Of a stretch of DNA of 64,000 bases, positions 14,371-22,140 are shown in pieces. Location of the stretch: positions 33,375 to 97,374 of the forward strand of contig CAZMDA010000002.1 of NCBI GenBank assembly GCA_964564865.1, written 5' to 3'. This DNA is from an uncultured Bordetella sp. Its GTDB lineage: Bacteria; Pseudomonadota; Gammaproteobacteria; Burkholderiales; SG8-39. Each line of letters opens with the position of its first letter. The first letter of the stretch is position 1. The notes beneath the pieces were generated by a model, which was not told the origin of the DNA, did not search any database, and was given only the letters and a program-made list of their open reading frames with translations. A program made the position numbers and the translations under genes.

Positions 14371-15513
14371 TCAGGCCGGGCGGATGCGCCGGCGCGCGAG
14401 CCAGCTGCCCGCCAGCAGCGCCGCGGCCATGGTCCAGAGCACCGGCCCCATGCCGAGGGCCGCGCCCACCGCGCCGAAGCCCAGCGGCATGACGGTCGAG
14501 CTGGCGTTGATCATGGTGGTGCGCACGCCCACCACCTCGCCCTGGCGCCCGGGCGGCGAGGCGGCGTAGAGCGCGGCCATGATCATGGGCTGCGCGCAGC
14601 CCAGCCCCAGGCCCAGCAGGAAGGAGGCCGCCATCAGCAGCGGCGCGGCCTTGGCCAGGGGAAACAGCGCATAGGCAAGGCCGGCGACCAGCAGGGCCGC
14701 GCAGATCACGCTCCACTCGGTGAGGCGGCGCGCGACGACGGGCATCACCAGGCGCACGACGAAGGTCGCCAGCGCGAAGCTGCTCATGACGATGCCGATG
14801 GTGGAGGCCGACAGGCCGATGCTGTTGCCGTAGACCGGGATGACGAAGGTGTACAGGTCCCAGCCGGAGGCGAGCAGGGCGCTGAACAGGTACACCGGCA
14901 GCAGGCGCGGGTTGCGCAGCAGGTCGGCCAGGCGGTGCTGCGCCGTGTCGGCGCGCGGCGCTTGCGTCGCGGGCAGCAGGCTGCGCCGCCACAGCAGCAG
15001 CCCGGTGCCGATCGCCGGGGGCAGCGCGAGCAGCAGGAACGCGGCGCGCTCGCCGGCGTAGTCCAGCGCGAAGCCGGCCAGCAGCGGGCCCAGGGTGCCG
15101 CTGATGGCATAGCCCAGCGCGAACCAGCTGAAGTTCACCGGCCGCTGCGAGGCGTCGCCCAGCGAGCCGATGACGTGGTTGAGCGCGATGTGCTGCAGCA
15201 TGAAGGCGGTGCCCACCACCACGGCGGCGACGAACAGCGCCGGCAGCCCGTGCCAGGCGAAGGGCAGCAGCGTGCCGGCGGCGACCACGGCGCCCCCGAT
15301 CGCGATCGGCCGGAAGGCGCCGACGCGGTCCACCAGGCGCCCGGCATAGACCGCCAGCAGCATCGGCACCACGGCATAGAGCGACATCAGCGCGCCGACG
15401 GTGAACGGCGTGGCGCCGTGGCCGAGGGCGGAGAGCGAGACGCTGATCCGCCCGCCGACGAAGCCGGCGTGGCTCAGCGCCGTCAGCAGGACGAAAAAGG
15501 CGAGCTGTCTCAC
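14371..15513 (-). CDS. MFS transporter
   Basis: 380-aa ORF that is hydrophobic throughout with about 12 predicted helices. Contains the MFS loop motif GRLVDRVG. Confidence 0.8.
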   Translation of the reverse strand: MRQLAFFVLLTALSHAGFVGGRISVSLSALGHGATPFTVGALMSLYAVVPMLLAVYAGRLVDRVGAFRPIAIGGAVVAAGTLLPFAWHGLPALFVAAVVVGTAFMLQHIALNHVIGSLGDASQRPVNFSWFALGYAISGTLGPLLAGFALDYAGERAAFLLLALPPAIGTGLLLWRRSLLPATQAPRADTAQHRLADLLRNPRLLPVYLFSALLASGWDLYTFVIPVYGNSIGLSASTIGIVMSSFALATFVVRLVMPVVARRLTEWSVICAALLVAGLAYALFPLAKAAPLLMAASFLLGLGLGCAQPMIMAALYAASPPGRQGEVVGVRTTMINASSTVMPLGFGAVGAALGMGPVLWTMAAALLAGSWLARRRIRPA

Positions 15514-15544
15514 GACAGCTCGCCTTCAGGGGACCGGCGTGGAC

Positions 15545-16435
15545 TCAGACTTGCCCGGGGACGCGGGCCTGGCGCGACTGCAGGGCCGCGATGCGCTCCT
15601 CGATCGGCGGGTGCGAGGCCAGCAGCGCCATCATGTCTCCGGCGTTGCTGATGCCCAGCGCCTGCATGGTCTGGGGCAGCGCGCCTGCCTGCAGCCCGCC
15701 CAGGCGCCGCAGCGCCGAGACCATCGGGCGCGGGCTGCCCAGGTAGTCCGCGGCGCCGGCGTCGGCGCGGAATTCGCGCTGGCGCGAGAACCAGGCCACG
15801 ATCATCGAGGCCAGCAGGCCCAGCACGATCTGCGCCACGATCATGGTGGCGTAGTATCCGATGCCCAGGCCGCGGTCGTTCTTCAGGATCACGCGGTCGA
15901 CGATGTAGCCGATGACACGCGAGAGGAAGAAGACGAAGGTGTTGACCACGCCCTGGATCAGCGTCAGCGTCACCATGTCGCCGTTGGCGACGTGCGCCAC
16001 CTCGTGGCCCAGCACCGCCTCCACTTCCTCGCGGCTCATGGTCTGCACCAGGCCGGTGGACACCGCCACCAGCGAGTCGTTGCGGGAGAAGCCGGTGGCG
16101 AAGGCGTTGGGCTCGCCGTCGTAGACCGCGACCTCCGGCATGCCGATGCCGGCCTTCTGCGACAGCCGGCGCACGGTTTCGACCAGCCAGTACTCGGTGC
16201 TGCCCTCGCTGCCGTCGATGGTGCGCGCGCCGGTGGACCACTTGGCCATGGGCTTGGAGATCAGCAGCGAGATGAAGGCGCCGCCAAAGCCGAACAGCGC
16301 CGACAGCCCGAGCAGGGCGGCCAGGTTGAGCCCGTTCTCGGTCAGGATGCGATCCAGGCCCAGCACGCTGGCCGCGATGGACAGCACAACCATGATCGCG
16401 ATGTTGGTGGCGATCAGCAGGAACACCCGCTTCAT
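15545..16435 (-). CDS. htpX: membrane zinc metalloprotease HtpX
   Basis: 296-aa ORF with N-terminal TM helices, the HEVAH zinc motif ([13 protein letters not shown]) and a C-terminal SHPPIEERI block. Confidence 0.92.
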   Translation of the reverse strand: MKRVFLLIATNIAIMVVLSIAASVLGLDRILTENGLNLAALLGLSALFGFGGAFISLLISKPMAKWSTGARTIDGSEGSTEYWLVETVRRLSQKAGIGMPEVAVYDGEPNAFATGFSRNDSLVAVSTGLVQTMSREEVEAVLGHEVAHVANGDMVTLTLIQGVVNTFVFFLSRVIGYIVDRVILKNDRGLGIGYYATMIVAQIVLGLLASMIVAWFSRQREFRADAGAADYLGSPRPMVSALRRLGGLQAGALPQTMQALGISNAGDMMALLASHPPIEERIAALQSRQARVPGQV

Positions 16436-16521
16436 TGCATCTCCTTGAAAGTAGGCCGCTTGTCCAACTGCCGTCCAGCTGCTTCAGGCGGCGCGAATCA
16501 TACCTTAACCGGACGCCCGTT

Positions 16522-16548
16522 AGATGGGGGCTTGGCCTGCAAGTTCAA
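16522..16548 (-). promoter_or_regulatory. candidate sigma-32 (RpoH) promoter for htpX
   Basis: The minus strand reads TTGAA (16548..16544), a 14-nt spacer, then CCCCATCT (16529..16522). This is close to the heat-shock consensus CTTGAA-N13-15-CCCCATNT. It lies about 90 nt upstream of the htpX ATG and overlaps the GMC gene stop codon. Confidence 0.45.
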
Positions 16549-18116
16549 TCACCTGAGCGCAGGAACCCGGCGCCCCGCTCGGCGATGACGTAGGTGGGGG
16601 CGTTCGTGTTCCCGGACGTGATCCGGGGCATCACCGAGGCGTCCATGACCCGCAGCCCGGCCACCCCCCGCACCCGCAGGCGGTCGTCCACCACCGCGTC
16701 GGCGTCGTTTCCCACGTTCCCCATCCGGCAGGTGCCCACCGGATGGAAGATGGTGGTGCCCAGCTCCCCGGCGGCGCGCGCCAGGTCCTCGTCCGACTGG
16801 ATCGCCGGCCCGGGGCGGAACTCCTCCGGCTGGCACTTCACCAGCGCCTTCGCCGCCATGATGCGGCGGGTGAAGCGCATCCCGTCCACCGCCACCTGGC
16901 GGTCCTCCGGCGTGGAGAGGTAATTCAGCCGCACCTCCGGGTAGGCGGCCGGGTCCGGGGACTTGATCCGGACATGGCCGCGGGAGGTCGGCCGCAGGTT
17001 GCACACGCTGGGCGTGATGGCCGGGAACGGGTGCAGGGGATCGCCGAACTTGTCCAGCGACAGCGGCTGCACATGCCACTCGATGTTGGGCGTGGGCTGC
17101 GACGGATCGCTCTTCGCGAACGCGCCCGCCTGCGACGGCGGCATGGTGAGCGGGCCGGTACGGAACAGCAGGTACTCCAGGCCCATCTTCGCCTTGCCGA
17201 CGAGGCTGTTGGCCATCTCGTTCAAGGTGCGCACGTTCCAGACCTTGTACTGCATGCGGATCTGCAGGTGGTCGTGCAAATTTCCGCCCACGCCGGGCGA
17301 ATCGTGCACGACCGGTATGCCCAGCGATTGCAGATGCGCACCCGGCCCGATTCCCGACAACTGGAGAATCTGGGGTGACCCGATCGCGCCGGCGGCGAGC
17401 ACCACCTCCCGCTTCGCCGCCACGCAATGCTCGCCGCCGGCGCGAAACTCGACGCCGGTCGCGCGACCGCCTTCAATCCGGACCTTCGACACCAGCGCAC
17501 CGGTGATGACCTTCAGGTTGGGGCGATGCAAGGCCGGCCGCAGGAACGCATCCGCCGCGCTCCAGCGCCGCCCGCTCTTCTGGCTCATCTGGAAATAGGC
17601 GCAGCCGAAGTTGTCGCCGTGGTTGAATTCCCTGATCGGCGGGATGCCGCACTCGGCCGCGGCCTCGCGCCAGGCGTCGATGACGTCCCAGCGCACGCGC
17701 GGGTCCTCGATGTAGAGGTCCTGCTCCACGCGCCTGAACACCGGCAGCACTTCGTCCCAGGACCAGCCGCGGTTGCCCAGGCTCGCCCAATGATCCCAGT
17801 CCTCCTTCTGGCCGCGCATGTGGATCATGGCGTTGATGGAGGAGCACCCGCCCAGCACCTTGCCGCGGGCGTAGTGGATGGAGCGGCCCGCGAGGTGCTC
17901 GTCGGGCTCGGTCTTGTAGCACCAGTCGGTGCGCGGGTTGGCGATGGTGTACAGGTACCCGACCGGGACCTTGATCCAGAACCAGTCGTCCTGGCCGCCG
18001 GCTTCCAGCAGCAGCACCGTGGTATCCGGGTCGGCGGAGAGTCGATTGGCAAGCAGGCACCCGGCGCTGCCGGCGCCGACGATGACGTAGTCGTACTTAT
18101 CGGGTAGCACAGTCAC
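16545..18116 (-). CDS. GMC family oxidoreductase (choline dehydrogenase-like)
   Basis: 523-aa ORF. N-terminal FAD motif DYVIVGAGSAGCLLANRLS, GGCSSINAM, and C-terminal HPVGTCRMG. The GTG start overlaps the stop of the upstream RHH gene (GTGA). Confidence 0.9.
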   Translation of the reverse strand: MTVLPDKYDYVIVGAGSAGCLLANRLSADPDTTVLLLEAGGQDDWFWIKVPVGYLYTIANPRTDWCYKTEPDEHLAGRSIHYARGKVLGGCSSINAMIHMRGQKEDWDHWASLGNRGWSWDEVLPVFRRVEQDLYIEDPRVRWDVIDAWREAAAECGIPPIREFNHGDNFGCAYFQMSQKSGRRWSAADAFLRPALHRPNLKVITGALVSKVRIEGGRATGVEFRAGGEHCVAAKREVVLAAGAIGSPQILQLSGIGPGAHLQSLGIPVVHDSPGVGGNLHDHLQIRMQYKVWNVRTLNEMANSLVGKAKMGLEYLLFRTGPLTMPPSQAGAFAKSDPSQPTPNIEWHVQPLSLDKFGDPLHPFPAITPSVCNLRPTSRGHVRIKSPDPAAYPEVRLNYLSTPEDRQVAVDGMRFTRRIMAAKALVKCQPEEFRPGPAIQSDEDLARAAGELGTTIFHPVGTCRMGNVGNDADAVVDDRLRVRGVAGLRVMDASVMPRITSGNTNAPTYVIAERGAGFLRSGD

Positions 18117-18388
18117 TTCAATCCAATTGATTCTGTCTCTTTAGCGGTCCGGCAATCGGCGTTCGCGCTGGACGTGCGGGATGGAATCTCCAAATTCAAT
18201 CCGCCAAACGGTTGGAATCTCTTGCGAATCGCGTCACCAAGGCTCCTCGCCTTATAGTCGCGATCCGCAAGCGCGCATCCAATGATGGCGCTAGCTTCTT
18301 CTTGAACTGAGCGGTTGTGTACAGCGGCCTGCATGCGGAGGCGGGACAGGAGCGCCGAGTCAAGGTTGCGTATGGTCAATCTGCTCAT
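18113..18388 (-). CDS. ribbon-helix-helix (Arc/FitA/VapB-like) antitoxin-type DNA-binding protein, no cognate toxin present
   Basis: 91-aa ORF. The N-terminus MSRLTIRNLDSALLSRLRMQAAVHNRSVQEEASAII matches the FitA/VapB RHH pattern (TIRNLD..L..R..A...RS.E.E). It lies in a visibly lower-GC patch. Confidence 0.7.
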   Translation of the reverse strand: MSRLTIRNLDSALLSRLRMQAAVHNRSVQEEASAIIGCALADRDYKARSLGDAIRKRFQPFGGLNLEIPSRTSSANADCRTAKETESIGLK

Positions 18389-18480
18389 CTACCGGCCTCA
18401 GATTCGGTCAGTTGGTATTGTATTAAAGCTGGGTCCAACGTGCGGTGATTGCGATGAGCAACATGCTCTAAACTCGTCGT

Positions 18481-19305
18481 ATGCGCATCGGGGTTGATTT
18501 GGGAGGAACGAAGATTGAGCTGCTCGCGCTGGATGTCGCGGGCCGGGAATCCTTCCGCAAGCGCATCCCGACTCCGCAAGGCGACTACGCGGCGACCGTC
18601 GATGCCATCGCGGCGCTGGTTTGGGAAGCGCAGTCGGCGCTGGGCGAGGTCGCCACGGTCGGCATTTGCACACCCGGTGCGCTGTCGTCAGTGACCGGTC
18701 GCATCAAGAACGCGAACTCGACCTGCCTCAACGGCCAGCCGCTGAAGGAAGACCTCGAGTCCGTGCTGGGCCAGCAGGTCCGCCTCGCCAACGACGCCAA
18801 CTGCTTCGCCCTGTCCGAAGCCGTGGACGGGGCCGGGCAGGGCGCCCGGGTGGTGTTCGGCGTCATCCTGGGCACCGGTGTGGGCGGCGGGATCGTGGTG
18901 GACGGCATGGTCCTCACCGGCCCCAACGCCATCGCCGGCGAATGGGGCCACAACCCGTTGCCCGGCCCGCGTAAGGAAGACCTGCCCCTGCGCGACTGCT
19001 ACTGCGGCAGGCAGGGTTGCATCGAAACCTACCTGTCCGGTCCGGCCCTGCAGGCCGATCCGGACATGGACCGGTACGAGGCGCGCCTTGCCCGGTCGCT
19101 CGCCGGCGTGATCAATGTCCTCGATCCGGACGTCATCGTCCTGGGCGGGGGAATATCGGGCATCAGGCGGCTGTATGCGAACGTACCGGCGCTGTGGACG
19201 GCGCACGTGTTCTCGGACCGGGTGGCGACGCGCTTGCTGCCGCCGGTGCACGGGGACGCGAGCGGGGTGCGCGGGGCGGCGTGGTTGTGGGGAGCGCAGG
19301 AATAA
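18481..19305 (+). CDS. ROK family sugar kinase (fructokinase/N-acetylglucosamine kinase-like)
   Basis: 274-aa ORF with MRIGVDLGGTK, NANSTCLNG, LANDANCFALSE, GTGVGGG, the zinc motif EWGHNP..CYCGRQGCIETY, and HGDASGVRGAAWLW. Confidence 0.85.
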   Translation: MRIGVDLGGTKIELLALDVAGRESFRKRIPTPQGDYAATVDAIAALVWEAQSALGEVATVGICTPGALSSVTGRIKNANSTCLNGQPLKEDLESVLGQQVRLANDANCFALSEAVDGAGQGARVVFGVILGTGVGGGIVVDGMVLTGPNAIAGEWGHNPLPGPRKEDLPLRDCYCGRQGCIETYLSGPALQADPDMDRYEARLARSLAGVINVLDPDVIVLGGGISGIRRLYANVPALWTAHVFSDRVATRLLPPVHGDASGVRGAAWLWGAQE

Positions 19306-19321
19306 AAAGGGGGAGGGAAGG

Positions 19322-20107
19322 ATGAAAGCGTACAAGGCAATCGTGATCTCGATCGGCGCGCTGGCCTTTGGCACGGCGAGCGCTGGCCCGGAGAAGATCA
19401 AGTTCCCGTCGGACTACCTGAAGGGCACGCTGTACGCCACGGTGGACCGGCCCGACACCAAGCAGTACCGCGAGCTCTACGCCTCGCCCGGCGTGGTGGA
19501 GTCCGTGCGCGCCGGGAAAGGCGTGCCCTACGGCGCGGTGCTGACCCTCGTCCAATGGAGCGTGCACCAGGACGCCCAGGGCAACCCGATCAAGGACGGC
19601 AACGGCCGCTTCATCAAGAAGGACATCCTGGCGCACACCGTGATGCAGAAGGAGAAGGGCTGGGGCGCGGAATACCCGGACAGCCTGCGCAACGGCGAGT
19701 GGGAGTACTCGGTGTTCAACCGCCAGGGAGACTTCAATCCCAAGGCCAACTTCAAGGCCTGCTTCGAGTGCCACAAGCCGCACGCCAGCATGGACTACGT
19801 GACCTCGCTGGCGAAGCTGGCGGGGAAGTTCCCGGACGCGAGCGCCGTGGCGAAGGCGCCCAAGGGCGACGTCAGCATCGTCGGCTTCCTGTTCAACCCG
19901 GCGAAGATCGTGGCGGCCGTGGGCAAGCCCCTCAGGTTCCTCAACACCGACGATTCGCCGCACTTCATCGTGGTGCAGGGCTCGGGGCAGAAGTCCGAGG
20001 TGATCCTGCGCGGCCAGTCCACCACCATGACCTTCGACAAGGCGGGTGCCTTCAACTACATCTGCGGGCTGCACCCGTCGATGAAGGGCACCATCGAAGT
20101 CAAATAG
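19322..20107 (+). CDS. secreted fusion protein: cytochrome P460-like heme domain plus cupredoxin (type-1 copper) domain
   Basis: ATG 19322 follows GGGAGGGAAGG. Signal peptide MKAYKAIVISIGALAFGTASA. The P460-family region ends in the heme motif CFECH. The C-terminal domain has the cupredoxin pattern ..FNP..I..VGKPLRFLNTDDSPH.. and YICGLHPSMKGTIEV (His, Cys, His, Met ligand pattern). Confidence 0.75.
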   Translation: MKAYKAIVISIGALAFGTASAGPEKIKFPSDYLKGTLYATVDRPDTKQYRELYASPGVVESVRAGKGVPYGAVLTLVQWSVHQDAQGNPIKDGNGRFIKKDILAHTVMQKEKGWGAEYPDSLRNGEWEYSVFNRQGDFNPKANFKACFECHKPHASMDYVTSLAKLAGKFPDASAVAKAPKGDVSIVGFLFNPAKIVAAVGKPLRFLNTDDSPHFIVVQGSGQKSEVILRGQSTTMTFDKAGAFNYICGLHPSMKGTIEVK

Positions 20108-20835
20108 TGGTCTCGCGGCGGTCGGTCCTGGCCCTGTGCGCCGCCACGCTGCTGCCGCGCGTCGCGCGGGCGCACGCCGTCGCCGCGCTGCCATTCTCGT
20201 CGCTTGCGCCCGGCGCAGCGCTGCCCGCCTGGCTGGAGTCGGTCACGTTCGGCGGCAATGCGAAGCCCAACCAGTTCGCGCTGGTGGCCGACGGTGGGCG
20301 CACGGTGCTGCAGGTGCGCTCCGACGCGTCCGCCTCAGGCCTCGCGCGCAAGCTGCGCGTCGATCCCGGAACGCAGCCGCTGCTCGCCTGGCGCTGGAAG
20401 GCGAGCCGGCTGGTCGAGAAGGGGCGGCTGGACGCGAAGGAGGGCGACGACTTCGCGCTGCGACTCTATGTCACGTTCGACCTGGATCCCGCCACGCTGC
20501 CCTTCGGCGACCGGATGAAGCTGTCGCTGGCGCGCGGCATCTGGGGCGACCACCTGCCGATCGCGGCGTTGTGCTACGTCTGGGATGCGGTCGCCGCGCC
20601 AGGCACGATCGCGCCCAATGCCTACACCGACCGCGTGCGCATGGTGGTCGTGGACAGCGGGCCGGCGCAGCTGGGCCGCTGGGTGGCGAGGGAACGCGAC
20701 GTGGCGGCGGATTTCCGCGCCGCGTTCGGGCAGCCGGCCCCGGCGGTGACCAGCGTGATCGTCTCGGCGGACACCGACAACACCGGCGAGCGCGCCGAGT
20801 CCTGGTTCGGCGACGTCGCCTTCAACGCGCGCTGA
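20107..20835 (+). CDS. DUF3047 domain-containing periplasmic protein
   Basis: GTG 20107 overlaps the upstream TAG (TAGTG). Twin-arginine-like signal VVSRRSVLALCAATLLPRVARAHA. The remainder (..LAWRWKA....DDFALRLYVTF..) resembles DUF3047. Confidence 0.7.
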   Translation: MVSRRSVLALCAATLLPRVARAHAVAALPFSSLAPGAALPAWLESVTFGGNAKPNQFALVADGGRTVLQVRSDASASGLARKLRVDPGTQPLLAWRWKASRLVEKGRLDAKEGDDFALRLYVTFDLDPATLPFGDRMKLSLARGIWGDHLPIAALCYVWDAVAAPGTIAPNAYTDRVRMVVVDSGPAQLGRWVARERDVAADFRAAFGQPAPAVTSVIVSADTDNTGERAESWFGDVAFNAR

Positions 20836-21577
20836 TCGCTTCCAGGAACGCGGCCACTTCCTGCAGCACCACCTTTTCGCCGCCGGCGAGGAACGGGCCG
20901 CCGTCGGGTACCGAGAGCTGCTTCGAACCGGGCAGCGCACGCAGGATCTCCGCGCGATCCCGCGCCGGGCCGCGGATGCCGCGGTAGTCCCGCGCGCCGT
21001 AGAGGTCGAGCACCGGGAAGGCGGCGCCCGCGACGCCGTCGAACACGCCATAGAAGGACAGCGCGACCCAGCCCGAGACCGGCGCCTGGCGGTTGGCGCG
21101 CAGGTACTCGTGCGCCATCCCGGCGCCCATGGCGTGCGAGACGATGGCGACGCGCCTGGCGCCCTTTTCCTGCAGGAACCTCATCCCGGCCTCGATGCGC
21201 CGCGCGGCTTCCGGGTACAGCGCGCGGTAGGCCGCGCCGTCGTCGACTTCCGCGGGCAGCACCGGCATCTGCAGCGACAGGGTCGTGTAGCCCCGGTCGG
21301 CGAGGTGCACGCGCAATTCGCCGGTGAGGCCGTGATCCGGGTGCAGCCCGGGGCCGTGGGCGAGGATCACCGCGCCGCGGGCGGGCTCGGCCTTCGTGTA
21401 CAGGGCGAGGAAGCGGCCGTCGGCCGTCTGGAGCTGGACCGCGTCGCCGACCACGAGGCTGGGCAGGACCTGGTCCGCCCAGCGCTTCTCGCGCGCCGCG
21501 TCGGAACGCGATTGCGCGAGCGCCGTGGCGCCGCACAGCGCGAGGGCGAGGAAAACGGCCGCGGCGCGCAGGTTCAT
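20822..21577 (-). CDS. secreted alpha/beta hydrolase-fold protein (DUF3530-like)
   Basis: 251-aa ORF with signal peptide MNLRAAAVFLALALCGATALA. Contains the blocks AVILAHGPG and VAIVSHAMGAG. The ATG overlaps the stop of the upstream lipoprotein gene (ATGA). Confidence 0.7.
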   Translation of the reverse strand: MNLRAAAVFLALALCGATALAQSRSDAAREKRWADQVLPSLVVGDAVQLQTADGRFLALYTKAEPARGAVILAHGPGLHPDHGLTGELRVHLADRGYTTLSLQMPVLPAEVDDGAAYRALYPEAARRIEAGMRFLQEKGARRVAIVSHAMGAGMAHEYLRANRQAPVSGWVALSFYGVFDGVAGAAFPVLDLYGARDYRGIRGPARDRAEILRALPGSKQLSVPDGGPFLAGGEKVVLQEVAAFLEAISAR

Positions 21578-22140
21578 TTCGGCGCCGGCGCCCCGGGCGG
21601 CAGCCGGCCGTGGCGCCTCAGGTGCTCGGCATCGAGCTGCGCGTCGGTCTTGTAGTGCGGCACCTTGAATGCCAGGCGCTTGAAGTTCTGCCAGCGGTAG
21701 GGGACGTCCTTCGTCTCCTTCTCCCAGTACTCGTCGCCCAGCCTGATGTTGGCGTCCGCGTCCAGCAGCCAGTTGGCCTTGCTGCGCTCGCTGCCGAACA
21801 GGTAGAGGCGCCCCTTGTAGACGAGATACACGTCGGCGTGGATCGCCGCCTTGAGCGCGTAATGCACGCCGCTGGCGCAGAAGCCGGCCCAGGCGGGGGC
21901 GTACTTCTTCGGGTCGGCGTCGAACAGGCGCTTGTTCCCGGCGCTGGCGAAGCGGTAGGTGTCGCCGTCGAACACCGACTTCAGCGCCGGGTCGCCCTTC
22001 AGCGGCGCGGGCGCGGTGAAGTACGACACCGGGTCGTTGCCGCGCAGCATCAGGCGCTCGTCATCGCCGTCCTTCACGGTGTTGTGCACGGTGCCGCAGC
22101 CCGCGAGCAGCGCGGCGAGGAGGAGCAGGAGGATTCTCAT
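21574..22140 (-). CDS. YHS domain-containing lipoprotein
   Basis: 188 aa from ATG 22140. Lipobox LLAGC. Pattern NDPVSYF..G.....DGDTYRFAS..N..LF..DP.KYAP.W.GFCA.G, as in YHS-domain proteins. ATGA overlaps occur at both ends. Confidence 0.75.
   Translation of the reverse strand: MRILLLLLAALLAGCGTVHNTVKDGDDERLMLRGNDPVSYFTAPAPLKGDPALKSVFDGDTYRFASAGNKRLFDADPKKYAPAWAGFCASGVHYALKAAIHADVYLVYKGRLYLFGSERSKANWLLDADANIRLGDEYWEKETKDVPYRWQNFKRLAFKVPHYKTDAQLDAEHLRRHGRLPPGAPAPK

Noticed and set aside
18100-18190. Search for a PIN/VapC or other toxin remnant downstream of the RHH antitoxin
   Set aside because: Reading all three minus-strand frames by eye gave no PIN-like N-terminus (no ..LLDTNV.. pattern). 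There is no room for one either, because the GMC oxidoreductase starts within the antitoxin stop. I therefore make no pseudogene call.
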